Below, piece after piece: positions 1 through 12,944 of a DNA stretch of 64,000 nucleotides; position 1 is the stretch's first letter; every line of letters begins with the position of its first letter. Source of the stretch: Epiperipatus broadwayi (lineage: Eukaryota; Animalia; Onychophora); assembly GCA_028023455.1 (NCBI GenBank), contig JAQFVV010000009.1, positions 9,424,001-9,488,000 on the forward strand, written 5' to 3'. Made by a program: the position numbers and the translations under genes. The notes under the pieces are model-generated. The model searched no databases. It was not told the origin of the DNA and saw only the letters and a program-made list of their open reading frames with translations.

Positions 1-2799
1 AGTCACAGATGCCGGCACACAAAAAATAAAAAAATAAATAAAATTCGAACTTGATGTAAATGTTTAAACATGGAAATAGTTTTTGAGATAATTTGATATA
101 TCGATGAGAAAAGAATGTTAATCAAATAATTAAATGACTTTGTAATGATAGTTACAATAGAAAATAATAATTATTAATAATAGATTAATAGAATCCATTA
201 TAAATATTTTATAATTATTCAGTTGGATATTAAGGTTTTCCTTATATTTTTATGAATATTTTAATTACATATGTTTAAAGAAGTAACATTATTTTGAATC
301 TTTTGAACAAATAGTAGATATAGTATTATTTTAAGGAAGATGAGCATAGTTTGTTTGCATTTAAGATTAATAAATGACATCTACATTATGATCTATTTTC
401 AACAAACTAATTTCGAAATAAACATGATTATTTTTAAAAACAAATCCCTTTATCAGCTTAAAATTAAAGCAACCAATGATATTCTAAAACAATTACGATA
501 AAATTATATCCTGTAATTAAATATAAGAAATAAACTCAGAATATTACATATTACTGAAAATTCTAATTATATTTTTTTACTATCACAAATAACAAAGGTA
601 ATCAGCAACAACATGCTGGTATAATTTGATTATACAACATAACAAAGAAGTTTACATCCTGGTGGCTAAGATCACCAAAATAGTTATAAATGCATCAACT
701 TACAGTAAACACTCTATAATACTGCCAATATGATTACAGACATGGTAAATAACCATCCAGAAAAACAGTATAAACTCTGCCAATGATTAACTATAAATGG
801 ACATCATGTTATGCAAGTAAATAAATATCTGCTGTTAAAATAAACTGACTATTTCCAGCTAAATATAGGTTATATAAAATGAATTTATAAATTGTTTGTT
901 ATATATCGGTATTTATTGTTCAATTAAATATAAAGATTTGTTAATTTTAAGTTTATTGCCTTTGAATTATTCATAAATATAACACTATGTATATTTTATT
1001 ATTGATAATTGAGAGTGTTTTTAATCTCAACATGACTATAAAAGTATTATGAAGTAGAATTTAGATATTTTAATTACATCAATTTCATGATAGCTTTCTG
1101 ATTTTTGTTTATGATTAATGTGAATGGGTTGGCAGTTTATTCTACAATATTTAAAGGAGCATATTGATTTGCTTATAATTGTGATAGAGAGATTACTATC
1201 ACTGGATTGATTCCTCAGTATTAAATAGATCATATCAGCAGTCTATACACTGGACTCTCAGAAATGTAGATTTTAAGTATGCACTCTTTGCTGCCTTGCT
1301 TTGGTTGAGTTGTTTAATTGATATTTGGATTTACATGCAGTAGAAATAAGCAGGAGGTGATAATGTTATATCTACAGTAAATATATTGTAATGATTTGAT
1401 AATATTTAGGCAATTAATGAAGTAAGAATGAAAAAAAAAAATTGAGTGATTAATTATATCTGGGATTTAATTAAATATGATTGTTATAATCAAGATATTT
1501 ACAAATATTTCATATGGCTATAATATAAGCCAGTGAATGATTCTTATTTATAAGACAGATAAGTGAGATATAAAATATATGGTTCAGGTTGAATGTTAGT
1601 CAATATAGCTAGAGTATTTTTTGAGAATAAGGTTAAAATAATATTCTTGGATTAGTGATTTAAAACAATTTTTTTTTTTTGTAAAATAAATATCAGTAAT
1701 TTTGACATGTTTATATAAGAATATTGAATATAATATAAGTAATAATTAAGTTATCATTAGATTTATGTTTTAGACTTGTTGGTGTATAGAATTTATTTCC
1801 TTTTTTTACTGATTATGTGTTCAAGTGTAGATTAATACTTGTGGTATGTCATCAAAAAAAAAAAAATCCATTTTTTTTTTATTGCCAACTATTTAAGGAC
1901 TTGGGATAATTCTATGTTAGTTATTCAATTATGGCTTACATTTCAGGTTATCAGTGAATAACTGCAATTTTTAAATAATGAATAGCCATAACAAATGTTT
2001 TCCTATGAATTAAAATATACAATTAAGATATTTACCATTTAAATATAAGTATAGTATATATACTTTTAAGCTAGGTGTATATTTATTTAAATATACAATA
2101 TCATAACTGCAAATTATATTTAATATCTTTATTTCTTTAAAATTCTTATCTTACGAATTCACAAAATTTCTATTTGAACTTAGATTTGTCAACAGACTAA
2201 ATATATCAGAAATAAAATTTTGTATTTAAAGCAGCAATTTAAGTTTAAAATCATTATGCAAACATATATTTCACTAGTGAAGAATATGGCAACTTGTACT
2301 TAGCATTTTATTTATTTATTATTGTAAGATATATATATATAATAGTTAAATAGGAACTGAGAGAAGAAGAAAAGAAAAAATAAGGAGGAATTGTATTTAA
2401 AATAAATGGAGGATAAAAATCTAGATATTACTATGTACAATGGTTGATAAATGTTCACAATAAAATATACTACATTGAAAAGGCAATAAGATATTGAAAA
2501 AAAAAACCCTTTTAAATAATACAATATTTGTTGTTTATATAATCTTTTTGATTTTATTTATTTAATACAGGAAAATATATAATACTTATTTTGTTTACAT
2601 TTTAGATTTAAATAAAAAACAATAAATTTAATTTTATGCAAATCTGATAAATAATAAACAAATACAAACAATACTAAATTTTAACTAAATTAGTTTCTAA
2701 AGCTATGATTATGATACTGGAAGTATCAAAAGCACTTAGCTAGAGTAAAGAGATTTAAACCAATGAAAGTCTTTTCTGTTTAAATGTTTAAACATTTAT

Positions 2800-4540
2800 T
2801 AATTTATTACACAAATTATAAAAACATTATTAATTCATTGCTGAATTAGTTTTTCTAATTTTGATTCATTTTCACTAATTCATAATTTCACTTCTTCACA
2901 TGGCTTATGCAAACTTTCTTATCTCACTCTTTCATATCAAATGTGATATATATTTATAAGGTTTTTTTGGAATTTTTTTGGCTAAACTTTTAGGCTATCA
3001 ATTGTCATTTTTTAAATAAATATATTATGCCAGTTCCATTTTAAGCATCTTCATTTTTTTCAATGATGTCTATATATTTTACTTTTGGTTTTTGTTATTC
3101 TTAACATCAGGCTGAAAAATCTTTGAATTATTCCTCAATAAAAACATTTATTAAGAATCTTTCTTAATATTAGAAATATATTTGTATATTTTCTTTTAAT
3201 ATTAAATTATTTCTACTAAAAGAATTTTATTTAAATTTAATTCTATGATTAATATTCTAACCAAATAGTCAATTTACTTTCAATCTTTATTGTCTACTTT
3301 TTTGGAAAGCTATTGAATATTAGTTGTTTCTTTTAGCATTATTTTTTGTCTTACTTTCTTGTTCTTATCTGAAAGCTCATACAACATTTTTTGAAACCTT
3401 ATTTGCAAAAAACAATCATATCATTTGCAAAATCAAAATAATGTAATCTCTATTTTTTTGTCATCCACAAACCTACTATAAGTTTTGGAAATATGCAATC
3501 AACATGTTGTACATTCTTACCATGTTAATTTTCAGAGTTATCATGTAATCTAACAATTGATCTTGCATTTACTACAAAAATGTTTGAGAAATCAAGTGCT
3601 TTTTTATAATTTACACACTCAAAATGTAATGGCAAACAAAATCATTGCTCCAACCACTTTTAAATTTATTTGTTCTTTTGATTGGTTTGAGCCCAAAGTT
3701 CTTTCTAAGTAAGTTATAATGATCTTAGTAAAGATCATGTATAAAATTAACAGCACTATAATTTCTAATATTTTGTTTTTCATCTTTCTTAAATATCAAT
3801 ATAACAGTTGCATTGTTTCAAACATCTGGATTATTTTTATCATTTAGTATATTTTTTCTATTTTTTTTTTTTTTTTGTTTCTTTTAAGATATTTATAATA
3901 ATTCTATCATTTTCTGGAATTTTTACTTCATAGAATTGCATATCTCATCTCTTTCATTTAAAATGTTTGCATTTCAAAAGATATAATAATTGCAGGGGCT
4001 ATTGTGTTTTCTTGCTCTTCATTAATATCTTGATATTTGTAGAACTCTTCTACATAGTTCATGATGTTTTCTCTATTTTAGTAATAGTTTAATCTATTTT
4101 GAGATTTTTGTTCTCTATAACTTTTCTTGCCAATTCACAGTTATATTTTTTTATATTATCATTAAAGTACTTTCATACCATTTTTATGAAATTCCAGATT
4201 TCTATCCTCCAAAAAGATGATTTTTAAACATTTTCATATTCCTTCTTTTCTTCATATATTGTCTGATGATATTCCGGTTTTTTGTAACAACATCTGTATA
4301 ACTGTCCTTAGTAGAATATCAATTATCTTTTTAGTGAATTTATTAAAGTCTACTATTTAGTTGAAATCTGTTAATATTTTTAAAATGCTATCTCTGTTAA
4401 TAGCTTTTATTTCTTTAACTTTACATTAATATCTCCTACATTTTACCATTCATTATTTCTTATGCTGATTCTATTAAATACATTATAATTTAAAATACAT
4501 TCAATTCTATTCTTTCTGAATGATTCCACTTTTGTTTTAG
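2800..4540 (-). mobile_element. Decayed RTE-type non-LTR retrotransposon (reverse transcriptase region, 5'-truncated)
   Basis: Minus-strand translation across frameshifts gives ordered RT landmarks: NATVILIFKKDEKQNIRNYSAV (VILIHKKGD...NYRPISL-like), IFTKIIITYLERTLGSNQSKEQ..FKSG (KLFTKII..EQAGFRSG-like), FANDMIVF (FADD-like) and a degenerate C-terminal region. Many stops; boundaries approximate. Confidence 0.7.
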
Positions 4541-5892
4541 TTTTTTTTTTTTTTTTTAAAGCAAAGCAAAATAACAACAATGACAAAAGATTTCATAATA
4601 TGCAGATTTTCTGCTTCTGAAAATTCCAAAGACTATTCTCTCTCTCATTTCTGTTTTTCTGTCCAAATTTATCCACAGTACTTTAATCTTTTCTAAACTC
4701 TAGTTTTAAATTTCTCAAGCAGTAAATGAGTACAGTAATTAGCTATTTTTAGTTAAAGAAGAAAAGTCATGAGATAATTCAGATAATCAATTTGCTGACT
4801 ATAAAACAAAATTGTAACATAATGCAACTTTCATAACTAATGAGAACACCCTGAAAATATGATTTAAAAAAGATTTGAATGAGGAACAGAAATAGCAACT
4901 TGCAAAGTTATCAAATGCTATCATGGTGTCAGTAGTATGATATTTTTCTGAATAAAATATAATTTTGGTGATAAGATGAAACAAATGTAGTAGGAGATAA
5001 CATAAAAAAATTCTGCTAGCCTAAGTCTTAATTAGTTTGAAAATGTATAGTGGAGATGTAAATATTAGAACAAATTGTAGTAAAAATGTGGCAAGCAATA
5101 GCAAATTTCCAACATTGAAGACCAAAGTAAAATGTTATTGCTTGTGTAATGTTCAATCACATGAAAATATCAGTATATAATGTATATGTATGTAATTATT
5201 GGGTATCTTTATGGTGATTGTATACAACTTGTTATACCTACAGTGCAATACTACTTGCTCATCAATGAGGAAAGGGAGCGAATACTATGAGCTAGAAACA
5301 TGACTGAATTTATAGATAAATAACCAAACCACAGAGGAAAACATCCTTACTTGAACAATCATATAGGGTCTTAGTAGCAGAAACATTGACATATTTTATA
5401 TCCTATCTGATATATAAAAGACTGGTTCAGAGTTTTCAATACCCTATCACCCTTTCATGGAGTTTTTAACAGTAAATTGCAGCTTAACTTGAAGTATTCT
5501 CTTATCTAGTTACTCAGCAGAGAACTCAATTAAATATAGTTATATAGATAAATATGCAAGAATATCCAACAATAATGTAGGTAGAATGAAAGGAACTATC
5601 ATGAGACTTAGATATGAAAAAATTAACAAAAATATGCATAATTGTGTTTGATGTATTCAACTAATTAAAGTATGAGCATTATAACAGTTAATATAACATC
5701 ATTTCTGCCCTTTCCGAAAAATATTTATCTCCACATATTTTATTTCTACATGATACATAAATACAAAATTTATTCCAGCTCTATAAAAGAAATGGAAAAT
5801 ATATACATAATTAAATTGGTTTTGAGAAAAATAAATCTAGAATTTTATTTAAAAAACAAAAACCAATATAAAACAATATATAATAATATTAG

Positions 5893-6103
5893 TTCGGCAA
5901 TCAACAGAAGAGAGGCCTGCTATTCCCTATCTCGTACATCTGCATATAAATTTGCATAAAATTTGCATAGTTTTACAGTTATTAACAGAATAACTCGCCA
6001 TGAATATGGGACTGTAGACTATCCCGAAAGCGCTTGGCAGTAAAAATTTTGACAATTTATTAATAGCTTCATTAATTGTGCGCAGAGCACATATATATAT
6101 TAA
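5893..6103 (+). mobile_element. HHR family E element, copy 1 (forward only)
   Basis: Colinear homology with 42750-43063 (agaagagaggc.tgct, atttgcata, tga.tatg.ga, cgaaagcgct..gcag, atagcttca.taa, terminal hairpin). Flanked by a 12-bp direct repeat taataatattag at 5881-5892 and 6104-6115 (AT-rich, so a weak TSD). Confidence 0.7.
5997..6038 (+). ncRNA. Non-canonical minimal type I hammerhead-like motif (A3-U8 core)
   Basis: GCC | ATGAATA T | GGGA-10nt-TCCC | GAAA GCGC T T | GGC. Stem I GCC/GGC, stem II GGGA/TCCC, palindromic stem III AGCGCT, predicted cleavage after 6035. Confidence 0.6.
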
Positions 6104-7291
6104 TAATAATATTAGATAGAGTTTGCTGTCAAATGGGGCTAGAAGAGGAACTTTTGATTATAAGAAAAGATGAAAATAGGATAGGAATTTTGAGTAGATA
6201 TGCTTTATATAGAGAGGACAGGAAGTTCATAAAACATTTATTTTTTGGAGTATGATAAAAGAGAATTAAGGTAGATTATAAGAACAATGGAAAAAAAAAA
6301 ATATGAGAAGTAATTGAAATAAAAATATTTGCTTAGGCTTTTATGATAATATATTGAAACTAACACAAACAATTTTTATTAAAATAGGGTAAGAAAAAAA
6401 AAGAGCTAATTCTGATAAAATGATTTGGTATTAATAGATTAGAAAAAGATAATCGATGGAGGAAGTAGATGGGTTTAGTAGAGTAAAAAAAATTTCAAAG
6501 GGAGAGAATATTTAATTTGGTTAACAGGATTGTAGGCACATGGACTTCTATGCACAGAAACAATAGTTATTTAACCTCATTTTACATAAATTATTTTCTT
6601 TGTTATGACCGCTAGTATGAGAACTTTCAATGTTCGTTGGTTTTTAAATACTCTCTTATTTATATGTTCTTTTATTATATCTATGTACGATGAAACATTT
6701 TATAATTTAAATAAAGCTTTAACTTTTAATGAAATTCTGATTGGTACTATATTTTATTGACGATATTATCTAAATAAAATAAATGCATAAAGAATTAGCC
6801 AAAATTAAATTTAATTAATCTTTTTTTTTACCATTGAAAAAGTAATAATAAACTTTAAATAAAAGAACAGGAAGACAAGCTGGAAATGACCTTACGAAAG
6901 CAACAATTAATATCCGCTCTGTTACACATCCTGATTGGTCAAGCTCATACTACTGATAACTGGTCTGAGAGAATTATTTTATAATACTGTGACAAAAGCT
7001 TACATTTTATTAAAAAAAAAAAAAACAAATATTGAAAACATAATTTTATTACTGTTTTCAAAAAAACCGTCTTTCATTAAGAGTGAAATAAAAGTGATTA
7101 TTATCATTTGAAATTTGCCAATTATACAATAACCTTGAACCTAATTTTATGAATGAATATGAAATTCTAAAGGAAATGCTAGAAATCAGTTCCATTGCGA
7201 TAATTTTTTTTAGATCTGTACACACACATATATATTTTCAATACTGTATGTGCACGTCAGTATAACTATAAATATATGCATATATATATAG

Positions 7292-7504
7292 TTATGCAAA
7301 TGTATATATATTATCATTAGACGCCATCAAATTGATTATTAGTGATCGTATGAAGTGTTTTTTTCTTTTACAATAACTTATTAGCAGTATATCTCTCTTT
7401 TTAGACTTTTCAATATTACATAGTCGATTATCATGTTGAAGAACATTCGCATCATTACTGGTTATCTCAATCTTCGCTTCACAATATGAACAAAAATAAT
7501 ACAA
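7292..7504 (-). pseudogene. Possible BED-type zinc-finger or transposase N-terminal fragment
   Basis: ORF contains FCSYCEAKIEI...VLQH (CxxC...H spacing). Short and unsupported by flanking motifs. Confidence 0.25.
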
Positions 7505-7949
7505 TTTCTATATGATCATTTGTCTTTCAAGCCAGGATTTGACAAAGTAGGTCTTAGGAGCTGCATGACTGATAGCCCAAATTTGTAGAATTTTAGATAT
7601 ATAAACTTTACATTTTTATTGAAGAATGGAAATCAATTAAACTGTGAATTTAAAAAGAGCATTAAGTTTTTGAATTTAAGCACATTTTAATATAAAATTA
7701 TATATATAAGCCTAAATTAAATAAACAAACAAAATATGTAAATTAACTTTTAGAAGTAAATAGTTAGAAAATCATTTGCTTTAATGACAGCAAAATTTTA
7801 GTAACAATATTAAATTTAATTTTTGTTTAGAAAAAGAAAAACTAAAAAAAAGCAAAAATTTAAAATGTTGAGAACAAATTATTATTACTTAACATTTATA
7901 AATAAGTCACTTTATTATTGTTTTTTACTGTGGGGGGGGGGGATTAATA

Positions 7950-8600
7950 TGTAGATTTTTTCTCTGCAAAATGTTTTAAGATTTTGTCTAAGTTTAAAAT
8001 CCCGTTATCAAATTCAGTGAACATAATTGTCAAATCATTCAAAGTTTTTGCTGAATTGATGATGTCAAATTTTGATCACTTTTAGGCTTTGAAAAACTCT
8101 TTTCTCCTGATACCATAGCACATGGGATTACCAAGAAAATCCCAAGAGCAATAAATTTGGAAATATGATAGATCTGTTATTGCAGACATAAAATTAAAGT
8201 TTTATTATAGAATTCTTAATTTCTGTTGGAAGAATTGATTTAAGTCTCTATTTCTTCCCACAAGAAGTAATCATAAGATAGATTTCATTATTTCTTTTTT
8301 CTGTATCAATTTGACATTTTAAATTGCACATAAGTCCAATAAATTTTCACATTTTCAAATTATGGCTCAAATATTTACAGTTCTATATTTATTACTTCAT
8401 CATAATATCACATTTTAAAAGCTGTTTTTGGATCTGACAAAGATTCATCGGCAGATGCATAATCACATACATATATATATTGCAAAAGTATTTATTCCAA
8501 GATTTGAATATAGATTCAATATCTAAGTCTTTGGCATTAATCAAGACTTCATTAAAATCTTTATTTCTAAACCAGTTACAAAGCTTTTGAAATAGAAAAA
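7950..8600 (-). mobile_element. hAT transposase C-terminal (dimerisation domain) relic
   Basis: Minus strand gives IFLVIPCAMVSGERVFQSLKVIK and ILKHFAEKKS, matching the hAT C-terminal pattern IFLTIPVTxASGERSFSxLKxIK...IIxxFAxxK. Confidence 0.7.
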
Positions 8601-10159
8601 AGTCTCATAACAATACCTAACCGAAGTTCCTTACAAAATGCATTTGAAAGAGTAAAAGTATCAGAAAATTAGTAAAACTAAAAACTTGTAATTTCTTAAT
8701 TGATTAATTAATACATTAAGCATTAGTTTTTGGTTGGTTACAAAATCATTTATTTTAGTGATGGTAAAATGACTTAATAAAAATATTAAGTTTAATTATT
8801 GTTTAGGGCAAAAAAGACAAAATATAAGTATTATAAAATATTGTTGAAAACAAATTATCATTTTTTTATTTTCTAAATATAATAGATTACAAATAAGTCA
8901 AATTATTATTGTCTTTTATTATAGAAAAAAAAAATTTTTTTTTTTTTTTGCTTTTTTTTCTAGAATGTTATTAATAACAAATTATTCACTTCTCCAAACA
9001 AGAACAGTTCCCTACATTAGCAAGATCTACAATAAGCTTGAATTATCAATTGTTACCAGATATTAATAATTTAAATCCCATCTCCAGACCAGTTTCAGAC
9101 ATTTCCATTTATCAGTGAGACTTGAGATCCAAAGCTGAAAGTTATGTATAGAAAATTATCTTTCTTTCCAAAAACAAGAACATTTCCCTAACTTTAGTAT
9201 CATCTATAGTAACTTTAAATAGTCAATGATTACCAAACATTAGTGCATTTAAATTACCTCTCTAAACCAGTTTTTTCCATTTATCAGTGAGTGTGAGATC
9301 CAAAGTTAAAAGTAATGCAGTTTTAGACTATGTAGATTTTGATACCATCTTTAACCATATTTCACAATTCAAACTAAAAACCTGAAATTCCAAATACTCT
9401 AAGCTAACAATCTAGATTAAATTATTCACAACATATAGTTATGATACAGCCTTGTTTTCAATTAAGAAAGAAAACTTAGGTTTGTCTTTTTTATCAATAA
9501 ATAAATGGAACAGTTTCCAATAATAACTAAGTAAACAAAGGATTGACGTTCATCCCTTTCCAAAACTGTAGCCAGTTGTCATCTAGTTTTCTTTTCAAAT
9601 ATTGTTTTTTTAAAAATGATATCAATGGAGTATAGGACTTTTTTATGAATTAGTTTTATAAATATTTATAAATTCTCTTTCTCTTTTTTTATTACAAATA
9701 TTAAATCTGTAAATAACATATTTTCCATTTGCAAGCAAAAATAAATTAAATTGCAGAAAACTTATTTATGAAATTATTTTCCCATACAAAACAGTGTTCT
9801 ATATTTGATACTTTTCATAAAATGTAATTAAATTAAATTTTATCTCAATTGTAAATGATATTTAAATACAATATTTCTTGTGAATCTATATACTTACTCT
9901 GTAAATTTTTTTCACAATATATAACAGGATCAATGAATTTTGATTTTATTACAAAAATAAAACAATCTGATTAAGACTATATGTAACAATAAGAGACTAC
10001 TTTTATGTTTGATTGGTTGTCAAACACAAAACTGTTTTGCAATTAATTAAATTTTAATAAAAAAGTAAATGAGAACTAAATAAATGTTTTCATTCTTTCA
10101 TTACTCTGATAAACAATTTGGTTATTTTTATAAAAAAAACTTTACAGCTTAATTTATTT

Positions 10160-11109
10160 TTCCTCACTCCAAGTTGACTCCATTTTAAAAAATTGTTGAA
10201 TAAAAAAACAAAGACGAAAGTGAGAAGTTGAACAAGACACAGCATTCAAAAAAGTAAGAGTTGCTAATATCAAAAACAACTTTTGTTGCACTACCAAAAA
10301 TGATCAATGTATAATTTATAGCTATAGACATTTTGAAGTATGGAATAGGTGTTGTCATTGCATATGCACCCAGAACTTTAAAAGTGACCAAATATATATA
10401 TATCCAGCTCGATAAGGAAGCTTTAGCAACAGCCTCTGCTGTGAAGAAATTCCACCAAAATATATATATATATGAATATACATTCAAGATCTTTTACAGA
10501 TCATAGACCTCTCTTGAGAATACTGGTAAAGCTTAAAAGGACTCTGGATCATGGATAAATATATTGGCTTTATATGACTTTGAACTAATGTATAAGCCTG
10601 AGAAATGAATTACACATGCTAATGTATTATCAAGATCACCAGATACAAGTAAATATGAGCCAGGACCACTGAAATAAATTACATCAACTCAATGAAGTCA
10701 GAAGTATTAAACAGTACAGTTGTGACCAAGTGGGCAAAGACAATTTTGGACACCAATTAATCAAGATATGGATCAGACCAATAGCCTTAACATTGACAAA
10801 ACTACATGGTTGAGCCAATATGAAATGTCTGCTAGAATCTATCCATGTGTAATGGCTGCATTTTTAATGGAAGTTGATTCTGACAGCGAGAAGGAAATGT
10901 GTATTAGATTTATTATATAAAGGATACCCTGGTATCATTAGAAATGAATGAACTGGCTAGGTTATGTATATAATGGCCTAGTGTGAATTGTGATATAGAA
11001 CAAGCAGTCAAAATATGTAGTGAGTGTGAATCAACAGACCATTAAACCATGGTAAAGGATTCATGTAGATTATGCCATATCTTTCAAATGACATATTTTC
11101 TTAGTTAGA
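10160..11109 (+). mobile_element. Ty3/gypsy pol relic, left part (RNase H and integrase N-terminus)
   Basis: Frameshifted motifs YGIGVVIAYAPRTL, QLDKEALATASAVKKFHQ, TDHRPLL, LYDFELMYKP..HANVLSR, LYKGYPGIIRMNELAR..WPSVNCDIEQAVKICSEC and PW*RIHVDYA. Confidence 0.85.
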
Positions 11110-11184
11110 CTTCCACTTTGAATAATGGCTGGTAGTGCAAGTATCTTTCCTGCTTGATTTATGGGGATGATTGTTTAAATTAAA

Positions 11185-12677
11185 ATGGGGAGAAAGAATA
11201 AAAAGAATGAGAATACCAAAATAAGTATTTATGAAGTTAAAAATAAATTTAAAGTCTTAGATATTAATAATCTGGAAGAAAATAAAAATCATAATGAGAA
11301 AATGGTGTTTAAGTTTCTGAGAAAAGAAAGTAAATTAAGGAAAACTAATAGTGATACTAATTTAAATAAATGTAGAGAAGAAAATGATAATAATAGTGAT
11401 AGTGTAAATTTAAAACAGCATACAAATAAACCAAGAAAACAATATAGCATTTACAGTAAAAGCAATTATTAGCAAAAAAAAAACCTGAGAGAAACTTAAG
11501 TAGTAATGTTTGACTAGAAAAATCCAGAGTGCGTAATACTAAATAATAATAAAAAAAGAAAAATGGATAGCGATAATAATTTTGACTCAAGTGAAGTGTT
11601 GAGCTTACAATCTGATGCAATAAAACAAGTTGGATTAAGATCAAAATTAATTAAAAAAGGAGATGTATTAAACAATCAAAAAGACTCAGTGAATAAAACT
11701 CAATTTATTGACATTAACGATAACTATGCTGATAATATAAGTAGCAAGAAACTTACCACAAAATCTTTTGTGAAATTAAATGAATACTGGAAAAAGATAT
11801 TTGTAAAGTGTATGTCACCAAGTACATCAATTTTTAGTTTAGTTATTCAAACTAACATAAAACAGGAGAGCATGTACTTGCTAAATCAAATATCGATGAA
11901 TACTTAAAGGCTCTATATTCTCATGAATTCATTAACCCAATCAAATATACTTCTTTTTTTCCCCGCTAGAAGGTTTGTTTCGATTGAATATTTCAATAAG
12001 GAACAAAAAGATAAAGCTGAAAACATAATTAAGAAAATTTCAAAATAAAAAAATTTATTACATTACAAAACATCCTAATCCATTGGTCTATGGAAGAATA
12101 CTGCATACACATCCAAGTTTCAATGTTGAATTTTTTAAAATCCAACTAGGGGATTATGCTAATATAATAAATATGGAAAGACAAATGACACCGGGCACAG
12201 CTTCATCAAACTCATGGACAGTAGTACTTAAATTAAAGAAAGAGGTAATGAAAGAACAGATACCACATAAAATAACAACAAAAAAAGCCCATTTCCATAA
12301 TAATAAAGGGTAGATCACCATTGTGTTTTAAATGTAATCGAGTGGGCATATTGCAGCAGGCTGTGACACTGCTAACTGCATGAAGTGTAATAAATTTGAC
12401 CGATTAAATCACCTATGTAACATATCATCATCACTTAAGACATGGGCTAATATAGTTGGTAACACAGGAGATTGGTAACTTAAAAAATATGAACATATTA
12501 GATGAAGTTGAATTGTTATCGGGCCAAAATGAACTATTGCAGGTTGGAGATGTCACAGGTATTGATAGTCTTATAGATTTATATGATGAGAATAACACAG
12601 ACTCACAAATGGAAAATGAAAACCTGCTTATGATAACACAATTCGATAGAACTTATCAACCAACAAGTAAATGGTAA
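11185..12677 (+). pseudogene. ORF1 (gag-like, basic N-terminus, zinc knuckles), frameshifted
   Basis: Consecutive ORF fragments 11185-11472, 11563-11907, 12083-12313 and 12456-12677. CFKCNRVGHIAAGC knuckle at about 12324-12365 (one frameshift), followed by a second degenerate CMKC..H.C. Confidence 0.75.
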
Positions 12678-12944
12678 TGAAGATAGTACGAAAACATCAG
12701 AACGTAGCAACAAGAAAGTAAATGGTAATGAGGATAATATCAAAACACTCAATAGAAGTACACATCAAAAGATTAATAAAGTTATGAAAGATAATAATGG
12801 TGATAACGAAATAATATTGAATATTAATTTGGCAGGATTAAACAATGACTCCTATGAAAGAAAGAGGATGAATTAAAAACTAAGGAAGAAGATGAGAATG
12901 TGGGGTGTAATATGCTAATAAAATGATTATTAAATTACCAAGAT

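Noticed and set aside
5250-5310. Possible further hammerhead (catcaatgaggaaaggg...gctagaaacatga)
   Set aside because: No CUGA-like core, no convincing stems I or II, and no second copy.
7771-9320. Diverged direct repeats (7771-7942 vs 8745-8935; 9087-9150 vs 9265-9320) as LTRs or an array
   Set aside because: No PBS, PPT or TG..CA ends; best explained as old local duplications in transposon debris.
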